A stretch of DNA of 64,000 nucleotides from a virus (lineage: Duplodnaviria > Caudoviricetes): positions 1-64,000 of the IMG/VR virus record IMGVR_UViG_3300035498_000654; one strand, written 5' to 3'. Within the stretch, counting starts at the first letter, position 1. The number at the start of each line of letters is the position of its first letter. Position numbers and translations under genes: made by a program. Below, piece by piece: positions 31,974 to 44,716 of the stretch. A model generated the notes under the pieces. That model was not told the origin of the DNA, did not search any database, and saw only the letters and a program-made list of their open reading frames with translations.

Positions 31974-32498
31974 ATGAAGACAATAGTCATTAATTTAATA
32001 TCAGGACCATGTGCTGGTAAATCAACTGCAGCTGCTGGTATATTTTCTGCATTAAAAAAACAAGGCATAGAATGTGAATTAGCATTGGAATATGCAAAAG
32101 ATTGTGTATGGGACGAATCTTTCTATAAAATGAAAGATTAGGTTTATATATTCGGACATCAATTTCATAGGATATGGAGAATAAATGGTAAAGTTCAGGT
32201 TATTATAACAGATTCTCCTATATTGCTTAGCTTAATGTATAATCAATTAATAGAACCAGAAATATTTGAAAAATTTATATTGGAATGTTTTAACAAATTT
32301 AATAATAAAGTTTACTTCATAGAACGAAATGAAGTTATTGAATTTAACGATAATGGACGAGCACATACAAAAGAAGAATCGATTGCTATAGATAACCAAA
32401 TTAAAGAATTATTAAATAAACATAATATAGAATATAAGACGGTTAAAAATAACGAATCTGTTGATTTAATAGTTAAAGAAACATTGGAAAATTTATAA
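31974..32498 (+). CDS. P-loop kinase / AAA_28 (NadR-like) protein (174 aa, one TAG=Gln)
   Basis: INLISGPCAGKST...MKD*VYIFGHQFHR...IITDSP in one frame from ATG 31974. Confidence 0.8.
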
Positions 32499-32544
32499 TA
32501 TAAAAAGGATTGAATAATTGAATATTCAATCCTTAATATTTTTA

Positions 32545-33891
32545 TTAATTTAATGCTTTTTTTATTATATTTAATTTTTTATGATCAAAAAATTGAAATG
32601 TTAATATATCTGAATAATGAAATATCGGATCTTCTGGGAAAATATTATTCTAATCTATATCATTTTTAGTATATCCTCTTACAATATATCTATTATAATC
32701 AAATTCATCATTATCATGTTGATCTGTAATAACATCAGCATACATAATTAAAAATTTATTATTATCATTATTATAACATATAGCAAAGGGCGTATTATCT
32801 GGTATATAATGAAATGCATCATATGTTATTTCAAAAAAGTCATCTTCATGTGCTGCTACATTATTAAAATCTATAATATTATATAAATTTTTAATAGACT
32901 TATCACTTGATACACCATCAATTAAGCTATGTAAATAATAAAATGATATATTTTGTTTTTTAAACATCTCTGTATAATCCTATTTAAATGTACCATCTTT
33001 TATACTCTCTATACAATCGTTAAGACTATAATGCTTTACAGATTTTGGTAATTCTGTTGGTTCTTCATATTTAAATGCATCATAAAAATTGATACCAATT
33101 AATTTTGAAATTTGTTCTTCATCCATCATATGTTCATTACCACCATATGAATGATTCCATCTTGATGTACATGATACGAGCTAATTTTGTGGATTAATCA
33201 TAACGCATATTAATGATAATCCATAAGTATCATATGGCGTATTATTTTCCACTTTTTTAGGTATATCTTCAAAATCTTCATGCATTATAAAGAATACATT
33301 ATATTTGTTATTTGCTGTATATGTATTCCAAGATATACATGCCTGATTATATGAGCTATTTGCAATACACCAATCACAATAATCACCCACCAAATTATTA
33401 GCCATCTATGGATCTGTTATTCTTACAACTTTATAATTATCATTTGGTTTGGTATATTTTGTATGACATATTTTATATTGTTTATTATTTAAATATGTAT
33501 GATAATCATCATTAATGTCATCTAATAATTGTTCATATGATAAACCATTAAAATTTCTATCATAATTATCATATTTAAATTGTATTATAAAATTTAATAT
33601 TGGACCAAATTTTATCTAAAAATTATGGTCGTTAAGATCACTGTCCTTGTCATTTATTAATAAACGTGTTGTTCCTTCAATAAATTTACCACCTGTTTTT
33701 GTTCTTAATATTGGAAACAATGATCTAATATCATCAATTATATCAACTGGATTAGCTTCAGGATATTTCTATTTCACAATCTTTTTAGCAGCACTTATTG
33801 ATTTAGATTCTTGTGATTCATTCAGAAAACATACATTATCAATGCTTTCCTTTATTATATTTTTTATTATATACTCAAGTTCTTTATTCAT
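32545..33891 (-). CDS. Hypothetical protein (448 aa, 6 TAG=Gln)
   Basis: Single frame joins 33181..33405 and 32650..32967; starts MNKELEYIIKNIIKES...FLNESQE; contains WCIA, YGLSLI, SRWNH. Confidence 0.75.
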
Positions 33892-33935
33892 ATCATATTT
33901 ATTTTTATAAATAATTCAAATAAAATTTTTAACAT

Positions 33936-34552
33936 ATGTCTTGCAAAATAAAGAAACATAATAAAAATAATGTTAATGAATCTAATTATGTTAATAATAT
34001 TAATGAAAAGGCAGATTTTCAATTTAAATAGATTTTTAATAATTTTAAAGTAACCAAGGATGCCAAAATCCGAACTGCCCATGTAAAAATAATAAAAATC
34101 TTATTAAACCATATCAATTAGACTTTCACCATATTATACCAAGAGCATTAACAAAACAAGATATATGTCAAATAAAAAATGAATCAAATGAAAATAAACA
34201 GAAGGTTTTAAATCAAAAAATGCTATCAGATTTAGTCAACAGCGGCGATACATATAGAGCAGTATATGAATTAGATCGAACAATGTTATTATGTTGCTTA
34301 TGTCATAAAGAATTAGAATATACTACATCACACAGATATATAACTAAAGATCCATATTATGGAATACAAATATCTTCATTAACAGATGAATTTATTAAAT
34401 TTTTAGGAATAGCATATGGAGACAATATTCAAAAATAGTATATAGATGAGGTTGAAAAATACCGTTAGAAATATGGAAATATAAACAAATTATATAATCA
34501 AAATATGAAAAATACTAATAATTTAGACAATATAGATACAAGTATAAATTAA
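33936..34552 (+). pseudogene. HNH endonuclease with a 1-nt frameshift near 34050
   Basis: Frame 2 gives GCQNPNC...LDFHHII...LLCCLCHKE but has TAA stops just upstream; the ATG at 33936 is in another frame. Confidence 0.5.
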
Positions 34553-34601
34553 AAGGATACTAATTAATTTTAGTATCCTTTATATTTTTATAATAAAAAT
34601 T

Positions 34602-35774
34602 TTAATATTGTCGCATTGCTCTAATATGATAATCACTGTAGTGTTTATTTGCACCACCGCCATCTACTCTGCCATTACCAATACCAATACCAAATGCTTG
34701 ACCTGCTGAATACTATGTGGAAGCCCAATAGTTATTATTAATAATAAGAGTATCAATCCAATTGAAATTTGTGTTTTTAAGCATATATAGTGTTTGCTGG
34801 ATAGTATACCATCTTGATAAGAGATAACATAATTCACCAATAGCAGGCAAATACCAGTCATTACTATAATCTGTATAATATTCAATACATGCCTTTGCTG
34901 CCGGAAAATTATTTATATCATTAATTATCATTATATCAGTATTTGTTTTTCCATCAATATCACAGATTGGATTTAATTCATCATTATCATTTTTATATTT
35001 AAACATCTAAGTATTTTTTAATAATAATGAACCATCTTCTGTATAATCATATAAAATAACAGTTCCTGGATTTGTGCCAGGTGCCCAAAGTTTAATACTA
35101 AGTATATTACCTTCAATAGGATCTTTTAATTGACCAGGCATAACATCGTATCCGTTAGATGATGTTTGGAATGTATTATTATTTAATGAATTTTCATAAT
35201 CAGTATTAAATCCGACCTCGCACATAATTCGAGCCCATTTAAAAGTTGCTGTATAATTTTCTGAAAATTTATTATGATCTAATATATACTATTTTTCACT
35301 ATTATCATCTGAAACATTTGCATCTGTCATTGGTAACTACGTGTAGCATGTTAAATCATCGCATAATGTATCAGTGGATTGATACATATATGTATTATCT
35401 GATTGTTTTAATGAAATCCATCTTGCTTTACCATTATCAGTATGGCAAGCAGGAATAACACATACACCATCAGGAACTAAATTATCATCCCAACTATCAA
35501 ACTTAGTATAGTCATGTACAACTCCTTCGCTGTCAGTATAAGTATGCTTTACATGTACAACTTCCCAATCTTTAGTTGATTTATTCCAGCATAACACATC
35601 ACCTACCCAAGCTGCTGATCCAGTGGACTTTACGAAAACTGTTTTTTTTTGTGAATCTTTACCTATCATACTATCTGTATCATCTACTAAAGATACATAA
35701 GCTGGCAAAGACTTTAAATCTAAAAAATCTGTGATATAGTCATTCTATGTACTATATCTCCTTAAATATTTCAT
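34602..35774 (-). CDS. DUF1566/Lcl-like protein paralog 2 (390 aa, 5 TAG=Gln)
   Basis: One frame links four track ORFs; WYLPAIGEL and YWAST*YSAG...RAMRQY C-terminal motifs. Confidence 0.8.
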
Positions 35775-35876
35775 TTCGGTTATTAATAAAGTTTTATTAT
35801 TTATTTGTATATACATAAAAAATGGATAACCTTTTAGAGTTATCCATTTCATTATTTTTAAATATTATATATCATT

Positions 35877-37038
35877 TTAAAACATCTTAAATGCCCTTGC
35901 AAATGTATCACCCTAATTTTCATTACGAACCATACGATTATATAATGTATTTAATTTCATAAATGTCGAGTCATTTGTTTGGGTTGATGTCCAATAATAA
36001 ACATCATTATTTATATTAATACAAGTAACATCATCATAATGGTTCGATAACAAATAAAGAGATCTTTGTATCTCATATAATCTTGTCGTTAGATATACTA
36101 ATTCACCAATATCTGGCAAGTACCATTCAACATTAGGATTATAATTATGAGTCTCAGATTGATAGTTATGAGCTTCAATAACAGCAAATTTTATCTGGCT
36201 GGAATAAACATCTATATTATCCATTATTGCTTTAGTATTAGATAAACCATTAAAAGTATGTAATATTGTAGGATTACCATCACTATTAAAAAATGCTAAT
36301 CTATTTTTACCATATAAATCAGATGTATATACAAAAGGTATTGTATTATCACCATCATTACCACTAACAATACCATCATCAGGATTTGAATCGTGTGCAA
36401 CATGTCCTACTATATTGTCAGGATAACCTTGTATATGTATAAGTTCATATGTTCCAAATGCATTGTAATATTGTAAATCTTGCATTATCTCATCAAATAT
36501 CGAATCATTTGTATAAAGTGTTGTTGGCACGCAAAAATTCACATCACTTGTATAATCATTTATTGTATTTAAAAATATATTATTATTTTCATCATATATC
36601 ATAGTAGATAACGAATTTTCAGGATTATATATAGTACATCCATTAACATCGCCCATGTTCGGATATAATAAAACACTGTTTTCTACGCAATCTTTCAAAG
36701 CTATCCACCTTGCTTTACCATCTGGTGTATGACAAGCTGGAATAACACATACAGAATCAGGAATTAAATTATCTGGAAATGTCCAATCATCTTCATCATA
36801 TGTTGTATAATCTTTAACATGATGAATATACCAATCATTTGCATCTGTATCCCAGAATAGAATATCACCAACCCATGCATTACTGCTCGCAGTCTTATAA
36901 TATGCTGTCGGTTTTACAGATCCCCCCTATTAATGAATCTTCATCATCACAATAGTGAACATAAGTATCTAAACCTTGATAATTAGGAAAATCTGATGCT
37001 AAGTCACTCTATGATTTATATCTTTTTATATATTTCAT
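35877..37038 (-). pseudogene. DUF1566/Lcl-like protein paralog 3, frameshifted by one extra base in a G6 tract (36922-36927)
   Basis: MKYIKRYKS*SDL...DSLIG aligns to paralogs; ATG-to-stop length 1162 nt is 3n+1; deleting one G restores GGSVKPT...AWVGDILFWD; WYLPDIGEL downstream. Confidence 0.75.
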
Positions 37039-37144
37039 ATTAATAGTTTAAATTTTTAATTAAAATATTTATTAAAATATAAAAAGAATGGATACAATAA
37101 ATTTATTATATCCATTCTATATAGATTTGTATTATTTAATTTTA

Positions 37145-38647
37145 TTAAAGGTCATAATCGCCTTCACCAAGAGCTTCATTAAAAGTATTCACAAATGTAT
37201 ACATGTTAGTAAACCAAACACCAGATTCATTATCATAAACAGCAGCGAATAAACTTTCTCTATCTACTTGCTGATATGCAACAACATCTAACTCGTTGTC
37301 TTCATCAATAACAGTATCATTAAATCTATTATCTTCTTGGAATGCCATATACAAACCATCTGATGCACATGCAAAAATATCACTACACGTTTTTCCAGAT
37401 ACTGTTACATTAGGATCAATAACATAGATTGTTTGATTTTCATCATCTAAAATATGTGCAGCTACAAAATCAGCAAGATAACCAAATTTGGGTGATTCAG
37501 CAAATTTTTCTAATGTATATGCATATCGAGGAGTAAACAAAATGCTATTTAATTCTTGCATTGCATCTTTAGGAAGATCTGTTAATAATACTGACTCATT
37601 TAATCTTTTTCTCGATTTACCAAAAGGTTGAAAGCTTTCATCTAAAAGTTCACCGTCTGCAAGTTTAATCCAAGGAGCAATAATCTTATTAATTTCAGAT
37701 TTCTTTAAGAAAGGATATTCTTGATAAATTGTTTGATCATTTACATAAGCAATACTTATTTTTTCGCCATTTTTACCAGTAGTTGTGCCAGCAATATAAA
37801 GAACACTATCAAGTAACATAGTTTTGGTTGCTTTATGTGTCTTCATATCGAGTGCAGCGAGCTCAGCTTTGAAATTTCTTTCATCTTCATCCATTGCTTG
37901 AAGATCAACAGTTCCTTTATTATTTTTAATTTTCGAGAAAGAATGCATTAAGAAATAAATTACATCTTTAGGTATTTCAGTCATTTTACCAAATTCATCA
38001 ACAAAGAACCATACAGACCTATCATTATTTTCACGTGCAAGTTGCTGTCTGAGTGCCATTTTACCATCTTTAGACGTATACAATGTATCATGCATACCAG
38101 GTTGATATTTTGAAACACCTTGTGTACCTGATTTTAAAACTTTACGAAGCCCTACGCCACCATAAACTGGTTTACGTCTCCAGTCAGTTTCACTATAAGA
38201 ATCCTCATCCTTACCAAAACCGTATTTTCTTCTTAATTCAATTACATCATTATTATTCTTTTCCCAATATTCTGCATTTTTTACTTGATTACGCCAATTG
38301 AATTTATAACGGCCTAATTTAATAATATTACAATCACCGAGAATAAATGGAGTGTATGATCCATTTTCTAATGCAAATTTGTATTTAGGTGAATTACGGA
38401 ATTCATCAAGTTTTTCTGCCCATGGTGTACCTGCATAGTGTTCAATAATATCACCAAGTTTCTTATCAACATCAGGATATATATATTTTTGAGTCCTGGG
38501 ACCATATGATGGAATTGCAGTGGATGATGTCATTATATAACCAACATCAACAAACTTGCCATTACCAAGTTTGTTAACCATAAAGAAATCCATTATATCA
38601 TGTGTTATTGTGTGTGCATTTGATCTGCTTTCCAATAAAATTCTCAT
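37145..38647 (-). CDS. Hypothetical putative virion protein (500 aa)
   Basis: ORF track; late promoter at 38675; LLES and LNES motifs. Confidence 0.75.
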   Translation of the reverse strand: MRILLESRSNAHTITHDIMDFFMVNKLGNGKFVDVGYIMTSSTAIPSYGPRTQKYIYPDVDKKLGDIIEHYAGTPWAEKLDEFRNSPKYKFALENGSYTPFILGDCNIIKLGRYKFNWRNQVKNAEYWEKNNNDVIELRRKYGFGKDEDSYSETDWRRKPVYGGVGLRKVLKSGTQGVSKYQPGMHDTLYTSKDGKMALRQQLARENNDRSVWFFVDEFGKMTEIPKDVIYFLMHSFSKIKNNKGTVDLQAMDEDERNFKAELAALDMKTHKATKTMLLDSVLYIAGTTTGKNGEKISIAYVNDQTIYQEYPFLKKSEINKIIAPWIKLADGELLDESFQPFGKSRKRLNESVLLTDLPKDAMQELNSILFTPRYAYTLEKFAESPKFGYLADFVAAHILDDENQTIYVIDPNVTVSGKTCSDIFACASDGLYMAFQEDNRFNDTVIDEDNELDVVAYQQVDRESLFAAVYDNESGVWFTNMYTFVNTFNEALGEGDYDL

Positions 38648-38734
38648 TACTTAAATATTTTAAATATTTTAAATTATTTATATAAATCAATAAATTATAA
38701 ATAAGTTAAAGTTGAAAATATATTTTTGTTTATC

Positions 38735-39934
38735 ATGATACAAAATACTAATAAAAGAATCCAAAGACCGGTTCGTAGACAAACAATTAATCGTTCAAAA
38801 ATGGCTTCTCGTAAAGCAATTTATGAGAGTGTTGTTAAACAAGTTATGCCTCAAATTGAAGCTATTCTTAATGAGCAAGAACTTGATGAAGGTTGGTTTG
38901 GTGGATCAGCTAAAAAACCTGAACAAGAACTAACGGCTGAATATATTAATAGTGCATCTAAAGAGGAACTTGCTAAAACAATAGGCGAACTTCTTAATTG
39001 GTGGTGTGCGAAAGCTGGTGATTCTGTTGATAAAGCATGTACTACAAGTACACAATATATTGTAGGCCTTATTAAGGGTTCAGGTGAAAAATCTGCAGAT
39101 TTTTCTAAGAAATTGTTGATGTCATTTGTTGATGCCGTACGTATGGTTGTTAAAGGTGCTGGTGAACTTGTTGTCGACGGTGTTAAAGGTACTGGACGTA
39201 TTATTCTATTAAGTGTTGCAACACTATTTAAACTTGCAGTTAGTGGTGTTAAAATGGCAGAAGCTGCAGCTAAAGCAATTTATAAAACAGTTTCTGAATG
39301 GCTATCTTCTACATATGATTCTTTAAAAGATAAAGTACAAAAAGGTGCGGAAGCTGTTAAAGATAGTTTAGCATTATTCCTTAAAGTTTCTTTAGCAGTA
39401 TGTGTACTTTGTGCAAATAAGATTCAAGGCGCTGCTGAAGCATTTGGTTCTTTCATTAAGAAAGTTGCTGGTGATGTTAAAGAGAAAGTTGTCCTTGCAG
39501 TTGTTGCTACCCGTACATGGTTTGCTGTTAAAGCTAAAGAAGTTGCTGAATGGGTAAAATCTGTAGCAGGTGATATTCGTTCTGCTTGTGTAGAAGCATG
39601 GAATAAACTCGAAAAAGGTACAATTAAAGTATGGAAAGCTGTATCAGGTAAAATCCTTGATTGGTGTAATTCTATTCGTATGACAGTTGCTGAAATCGGT
39701 AAGAAGATTTCTGATACTATTTCTGCTACTGGTGAACATATTGTTGCTGCTAAGGATAAAGCTGTAGTTGCTGGTATTGGTAAAGCCGTTCGTATGTTAT
39801 CAAAGAAATATTCAGAAGATGATGTTGTTAATATTGTACGTGCAGCTTATAATGAAGACCTTCATTTTGATGCTGCTGGTAATACATTGATTAATGAATC
39901 ATATTATGCAAATACATTCCTCCGTCGTATTTAA
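38735..39934 (+). CDS. Amphipathic helical putative virion protein
   Basis: ORF track (ATG 38735); Ala/Val/Lys-rich helical repeats; late promoter at 38696. Confidence 0.75.
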   Translation: MIQNTNKRIQRPVRRQTINRSKMASRKAIYESVVKQVMPQIEAILNEQELDEGWFGGSAKKPEQELTAEYINSASKEELAKTIGELLNWWCAKAGDSVDKACTTSTQYIVGLIKGSGEKSADFSKKLLMSFVDAVRMVVKGAGELVVDGVKGTGRIILLSVATLFKLAVSGVKMAEAAAKAIYKTVSEWLSSTYDSLKDKVQKGAEAVKDSLALFLKVSLAVCVLCANKIQGAAEAFGSFIKKVAGDVKEKVVLAVVATRTWFAVKAKEVAEWVKSVAGDIRSACVEAWNKLEKGTIKVWKAVSGKILDWCNSIRMTVAEIGKKISDTISATGEHIVAAKDKAVVAGIGKAVRMLSKKYSEDDVVNIVRAAYNEDLHFDAAGNTLINESYYANTFLRRI

Positions 39935-40089
39935 TCAGTATAATAAAAATTCTTAACATATATTATTTTGTTTTCAAATCAGGTTATTTTAAATTAATTT
40001 TTTAATAACCTGATTTTCTTTTTACAATGATTTTTTATATACAATAAATAATTTAAAATTTGAAATATAAACGTTTAGTTAATACAAAT

Positions 40090-42855
40090 ATGAATAAACG
40101 AACATCTTACAATATTCCTGCTGTACTTGTACATGAAATCAATGGTACAGAATATAGGGTAAATGGTAAAATTGTAGGCATTAATGAAGCTAAATCAACA
40201 GTATCAATGACCTTTAAGGGTTATCGTGGTGTTGAGCATGATATTCCTATGTCAGCAGTTCTTATCAATGAAGGCATTATTGATTCTCTTAAAAATGCTG
40301 GTAAAAAAATTGTAACTGGAATTAAAACACTTATCAAGAAAGTTAAAGGTTTCCTATTACCTGCATCTGAAGATGGTGAAGTTGATTATAGCTTTTTAAA
40401 TGCCCCTGTTAATGTAGCTATCATGGAAGATAAAGGTATGTTAGCAGATTCAGTTCATTTCTATGCAAATGATGCTATTATAGAAACTGCTGCTGATAAT
40501 GGTATTGAACTTGATAATGACGTAGAACCTTTTGATTATACAGGTGCTGAAGAAGGTGCTGAATGCGAAAAATATTGGGCTCGTGTAATGAAAGAATTTG
40601 TGAAAAACGAATCTCTAAGTTATACAGTATCTGATGCTATTAAGGATGTTAATGAAAAATATTACAGAGTTAATAATCTTTATAAACAACAAGCATTGAA
40701 TGAAGCCATGGGTGTTGTTAGCCTTGAAAATAGTGGTGGTCATAAGGATATGTATGGCTCAATGATTGGTACAAAATTACTTGTTAAAGAAGTAATAAAG
40801 AATATTAAAGAACAAACTGAACGTACAATAGGTGCAGGCCCCGCACAAAAACCTATTATGATTTGGGGTGCTCCTGGTATTGGTAAAACAGTAATTCTTA
40901 AAGAGGTTGTTAATACATTTAAAGAGCAATATCGTAAGAATTTAATGCTTATTGAATTATCGTGTTCAGCTCTTCAAATTGATGACTGGGGTTTGCCTAC
41001 TGTAGATGAACGTGAGGATCTTAAGAAAAAATATCATGAATTGAATATTGGAAATGCAAAAAGTATTCCTCAAACATGGTTACCCGTTTATGAAACAACT
41101 GGTGATCCTGATATTGACCAACGAACAGATAATATCTATAATTCAGGAGAATTTAGAAAGGGCGTATCTGGTGGTTTTGACGGTGGCGTTATATTCTTTG
41201 ATGAATATTCTCGTCTCCCAGCATCTTCTAAAAATGTTATGATGACATTGACGGGTTCATGCATGTATGGTGGTATGACGCTTGCAACTGGTTGGTCTAT
41301 GATATTTGCATCTAATAGATTCCAAGATGTATTACATTCAGAACAAGCTGAATTCGAATATGAATCTGCACAAACTGACCGTTTCCAGCCTTTCACATAT
41401 GTACCGACTCGCGGTGAATGGTTACGTTGGGCACGCATGCAAAATACAGTGACCGGTCGTCAAAATATTGATGAAATGTTCTGTCAATTTATTGAAACCC
41501 AAGGTGATAGCGTTTGGTATGGCGCATTAACAACTGGTGCATTTGAAAATATACTTGATAGCAATCAAAACAAAACAATTGAAGCATATAAAACAAATCC
41601 AACACGTCAGGGATTTAACGATTTATTGGCTATTATTAATGACGAAAGTGAAGGTTCAGCTGGTGAAACTATTAGACAGTCACACTTAACGGTAACACCT
41701 CGTACATGGCAACGTGGTCTTAATGATTCATTATTCGATGAATTAAGACTTATGATATTTGATGGTCATCCTAAATTATATCAATCAATCTTTGATGAAA
41801 AAGGTAATCTTGATCCTGCTGCATTAAAGAAAGCACTTAATATGCTATCACCAAAAGAATGGCATCGTTGGGCAGAAGTATACACAGCAGATTCCCCTGA
41901 AGAAATGAACCGAGGTGCTATTTGTTATACTAATCAACTTGACAGATATGACAGATATGTATTCTTTAAAGATTGGTTGGAACAACATTTTAAAAATACA
42001 TTTGGTGAAAAGGCTAAAGCAACAACTGCATGGCATGATTATAATGAATATGCAAAAGTGTTCACACCTAAAGAAATGACAAGTATTTGGGAAACTGGTG
42101 ATTTCAGCACTGAAGAATTGAGAAAAGAGAATAACAAGTATTTCTCAGATCCAGCACGATATATGCAAGAAACTACAAATTGCAAATGGAAAACCAGTGA
42201 TGGTTTAATTTCGGAAATAATTGAACGTATTTTTGATAATTTCCCAGGTGGTATATAGGCAGCTGGTCAAATGGTTATTGAAGATAGAAAACGAATTGAT
42301 GCAGCTCCCGATTATAAATTATCAGATTTTGATAAACTTGCTAAAAAATGGAATGACAAATATGCAGTTACAGTTAACAAGAAAAAGAATTATACATTAA
42401 TTACACCTTATGATCTTGCAAATGCTGATCAATCATTTAAAGAAAGGTGGTTAACTATGTTTAAAACCCTTGAATATTCTGAATTTGCTAAAATGCTATG
42501 TAATGTTATTGCTTTCTTTGCAAAGGTTAGAATCCAAGCTAAAGTTGGCACAATTGACTTTAAAAAGTATATAACCGCCCAAGGCAATAACACATCAAAT
42601 AATTCGGAAGTAGTGTTTGGTCAATTTATTAATGCAGTCGCAAATTCTTCTGATGAAGCCGGAAAAGCAATCAGAAATGACAAATATTGTGATGAAGTAA
42701 TTACTAATTCTGGTTATGCAAATATGACACAAGAACAGCAACGTGAATTAAAATGGAAGCTTAATAGCACTTTGATTGCAACTCCTGCATGTTATATGTC
42801 TCATAATTTGTCTCAATTAGATCTTAGAATTGCACAAGGTATTGAAGACGCGTAA
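40090..42855 (+). CDS. MoxR-like AAA+ ATPase (921 aa, one TAG=Gln at 42256-42258)
   Basis: IWGAPGIGKT, FFDEYSR, FASNR, AQTDRF; 42271..42855 is in the same frame. Confidence 0.8.
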
Positions 42856-42935
42856 TATTATAAAAATGTTTTAATAGGATGGTTTTTAAAAATCATCCTA
42901 TTAAAAACTTTTATTAAAAATTAATTATAATAATT

Positions 42936-44186
42936 ATGAATAATATAAGAAGATATAATAGATATTTTTTAAATGAAGCTGTTGAACGAACAATTGATAA
43001 AAAATTGTGGGCAAGCGTAAGTTCCGGTATTTCACGAACATATCGTCAAGATATGGGTGCATCTGCCAAACCTCTTGGAACCAGAGATCAACTTCTTCAG
43101 AAATATATTGCTGCATTAGTTCAATTGAAACAACCTTGTCCATCAACAGTTGATGAACTTAGAAATTCACCAGCTTTTCCTCAATGGGGTAAATGGCTTG
43201 CTAATAATGGTGTTGCTATTGAAGAAGTACAACAATTATATAATGAAAACTGTGGTAAACTTCCTAAAGCAGTAATTGGTAATGGCTCAACAGCTCAACC
43301 AACAAATAATAATTTGTTTGATAATAACGATGAAGAAGATGATGACGATGATCTTGGTTTTGCTCTTGGTATGACAGATGATGAATATCAAGAAATGAAA
43401 CGGCAAAAAACAATGAATCGTCAACAAAGAACACAGCAACCAGTTGTTAATAATGTGCCTCAAACACAAGTTATTGATACAGATGATGATTTTGATGAAG
43501 AAGATGAAGATGATATTAATCAATCATCAAATTATCAAGACGATAATGACGAAGATTGGGGTGATGAAGACACAGATACTGATGATATTATAGAAAATGA
43601 AATTGAAGATGATGACGATGATGTATTAAATGATATTGACGATGAAGAAGACGTTGATCCTGAAGAAGATGAAGAAGATACTGAAGATGATGAGGAAGAC
43701 ATTGAGCCAAAATCATCAAAAATATCTTCACAATCAACAACATCTCGTAAAAATCTTGGTTCATTTACTAAGAAATCTTCAGAACTTAAATCTAAATTAT
43801 TTGATGGTATCATTTATAGTAGAGATGATTTCTTCAAAGATCTTAATGGTTGTCAAGACCCAGATGATGCATTAACAGCTCTTACAGTAAATCAATTAGA
43901 GGCTGAAGGTATTAATAACAGTGATGAACTTGTAGATCTTAAAGCATTAATGAGAGAAACTTCTTTCTGCTTTGTTATGCGAGTTTATGGTGAAGCTGGT
44001 CCTATTATAGAAAATGGTGAAATTGTTGGACTTGAAGGCGATGTTATTTGGTCTAATAATCCAACAGATGAATCTTATTATGTAGTGGCTGGTGATAATC
44101 GTGTAGCAATATTCTTCAAGGATAATTCTGGTGATTTGTCAGAAGTATACGATGCAAGTTTTGAAGAATTCGGTTTTTCTGATTAA
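42936..44186 (+). CDS. Acidic hypothetical protein (416 aa)
   Basis: ORF track; FLNEAVE N-terminus and D/E-rich middle. Confidence 0.75.
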   Translation: MNNIRRYNRYFLNEAVERTIDKKLWASVSSGISRTYRQDMGASAKPLGTRDQLLQKYIAALVQLKQPCPSTVDELRNSPAFPQWGKWLANNGVAIEEVQQLYNENCGKLPKAVIGNGSTAQPTNNNLFDNNDEEDDDDDLGFALGMTDDEYQEMKRQKTMNRQQRTQQPVVNNVPQTQVIDTDDDFDEEDEDDINQSSNYQDDNDEDWGDEDTDTDDIIENEIEDDDDDVLNDIDDEEDVDPEEDEEDTEDDEEDIEPKSSKISSQSTTSRKNLGSFTKKSSELKSKLFDGIIYSRDDFFKDLNGCQDPDDALTALTVNQLEAEGINNSDELVDLKALMRETSFCFVMRVYGEAGPIIENGEIVGLEGDVIWSNNPTDESYYVVAGDNRVAIFFKDNSGDLSEVYDASFEEFGFSD

Positions 44187-44289
44187 ATATTAATAATTTA
44201 AATATTCTATATAAAATCTCAATGATTAACTTCATTGAGATTTTTCTTTATAAATAATAAAATATGTTTTATATTAAAAATTTAAAGAA

Positions 44290-44625
44290 ATGAAACAAGT
44301 ATATAGAAATAATGTAATAACAACTACTATAGATTCATCTGTTGCTGAATATCTATCAGATGGTAATTGGAAACCAGATAATGAATTTCATCCTAATATG
44401 GTTAATGTACCAGATGAAGAAGATATGAAAAAAATACATCCTTGTCCATATGCTCGTATAACAGAATTAGATGTTGATGTTGATAAATTAGCTGCTGTAT
44501 TAGCATATGGTTATAATCAACCTGTATCTGGAATAGCTGGCGCAGATGGTTCTGTTGAGCGTGTTACTTGTGACTTATATAAAGAAATGGGAATTTCAAA
44601 AGACTCAGAAGACTCAGCAGAATAA
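44290..44625 (+). CDS. Hypothetical protein (111 aa)
   Basis: ORF track; late promoter at 44249. Confidence 0.7.
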   Translation: MKQVYRNNVITTTIDSSVAEYLSDGNWKPDNEFHPNMVNVPDEEDMKKIHPCPYARITELDVDVDKLAAVLAYGYNQPVSGIAGADGSVERVTCDLYKEMGISKDSEDSAE

Positions 44626-44716
44626 TTTAATAATTTACATTATTTCAATTTATATATAAAAACAATGGTTGATCTATTCACATAGACCAACCATTTTAAA
44701 TATTATTATGATTCAA

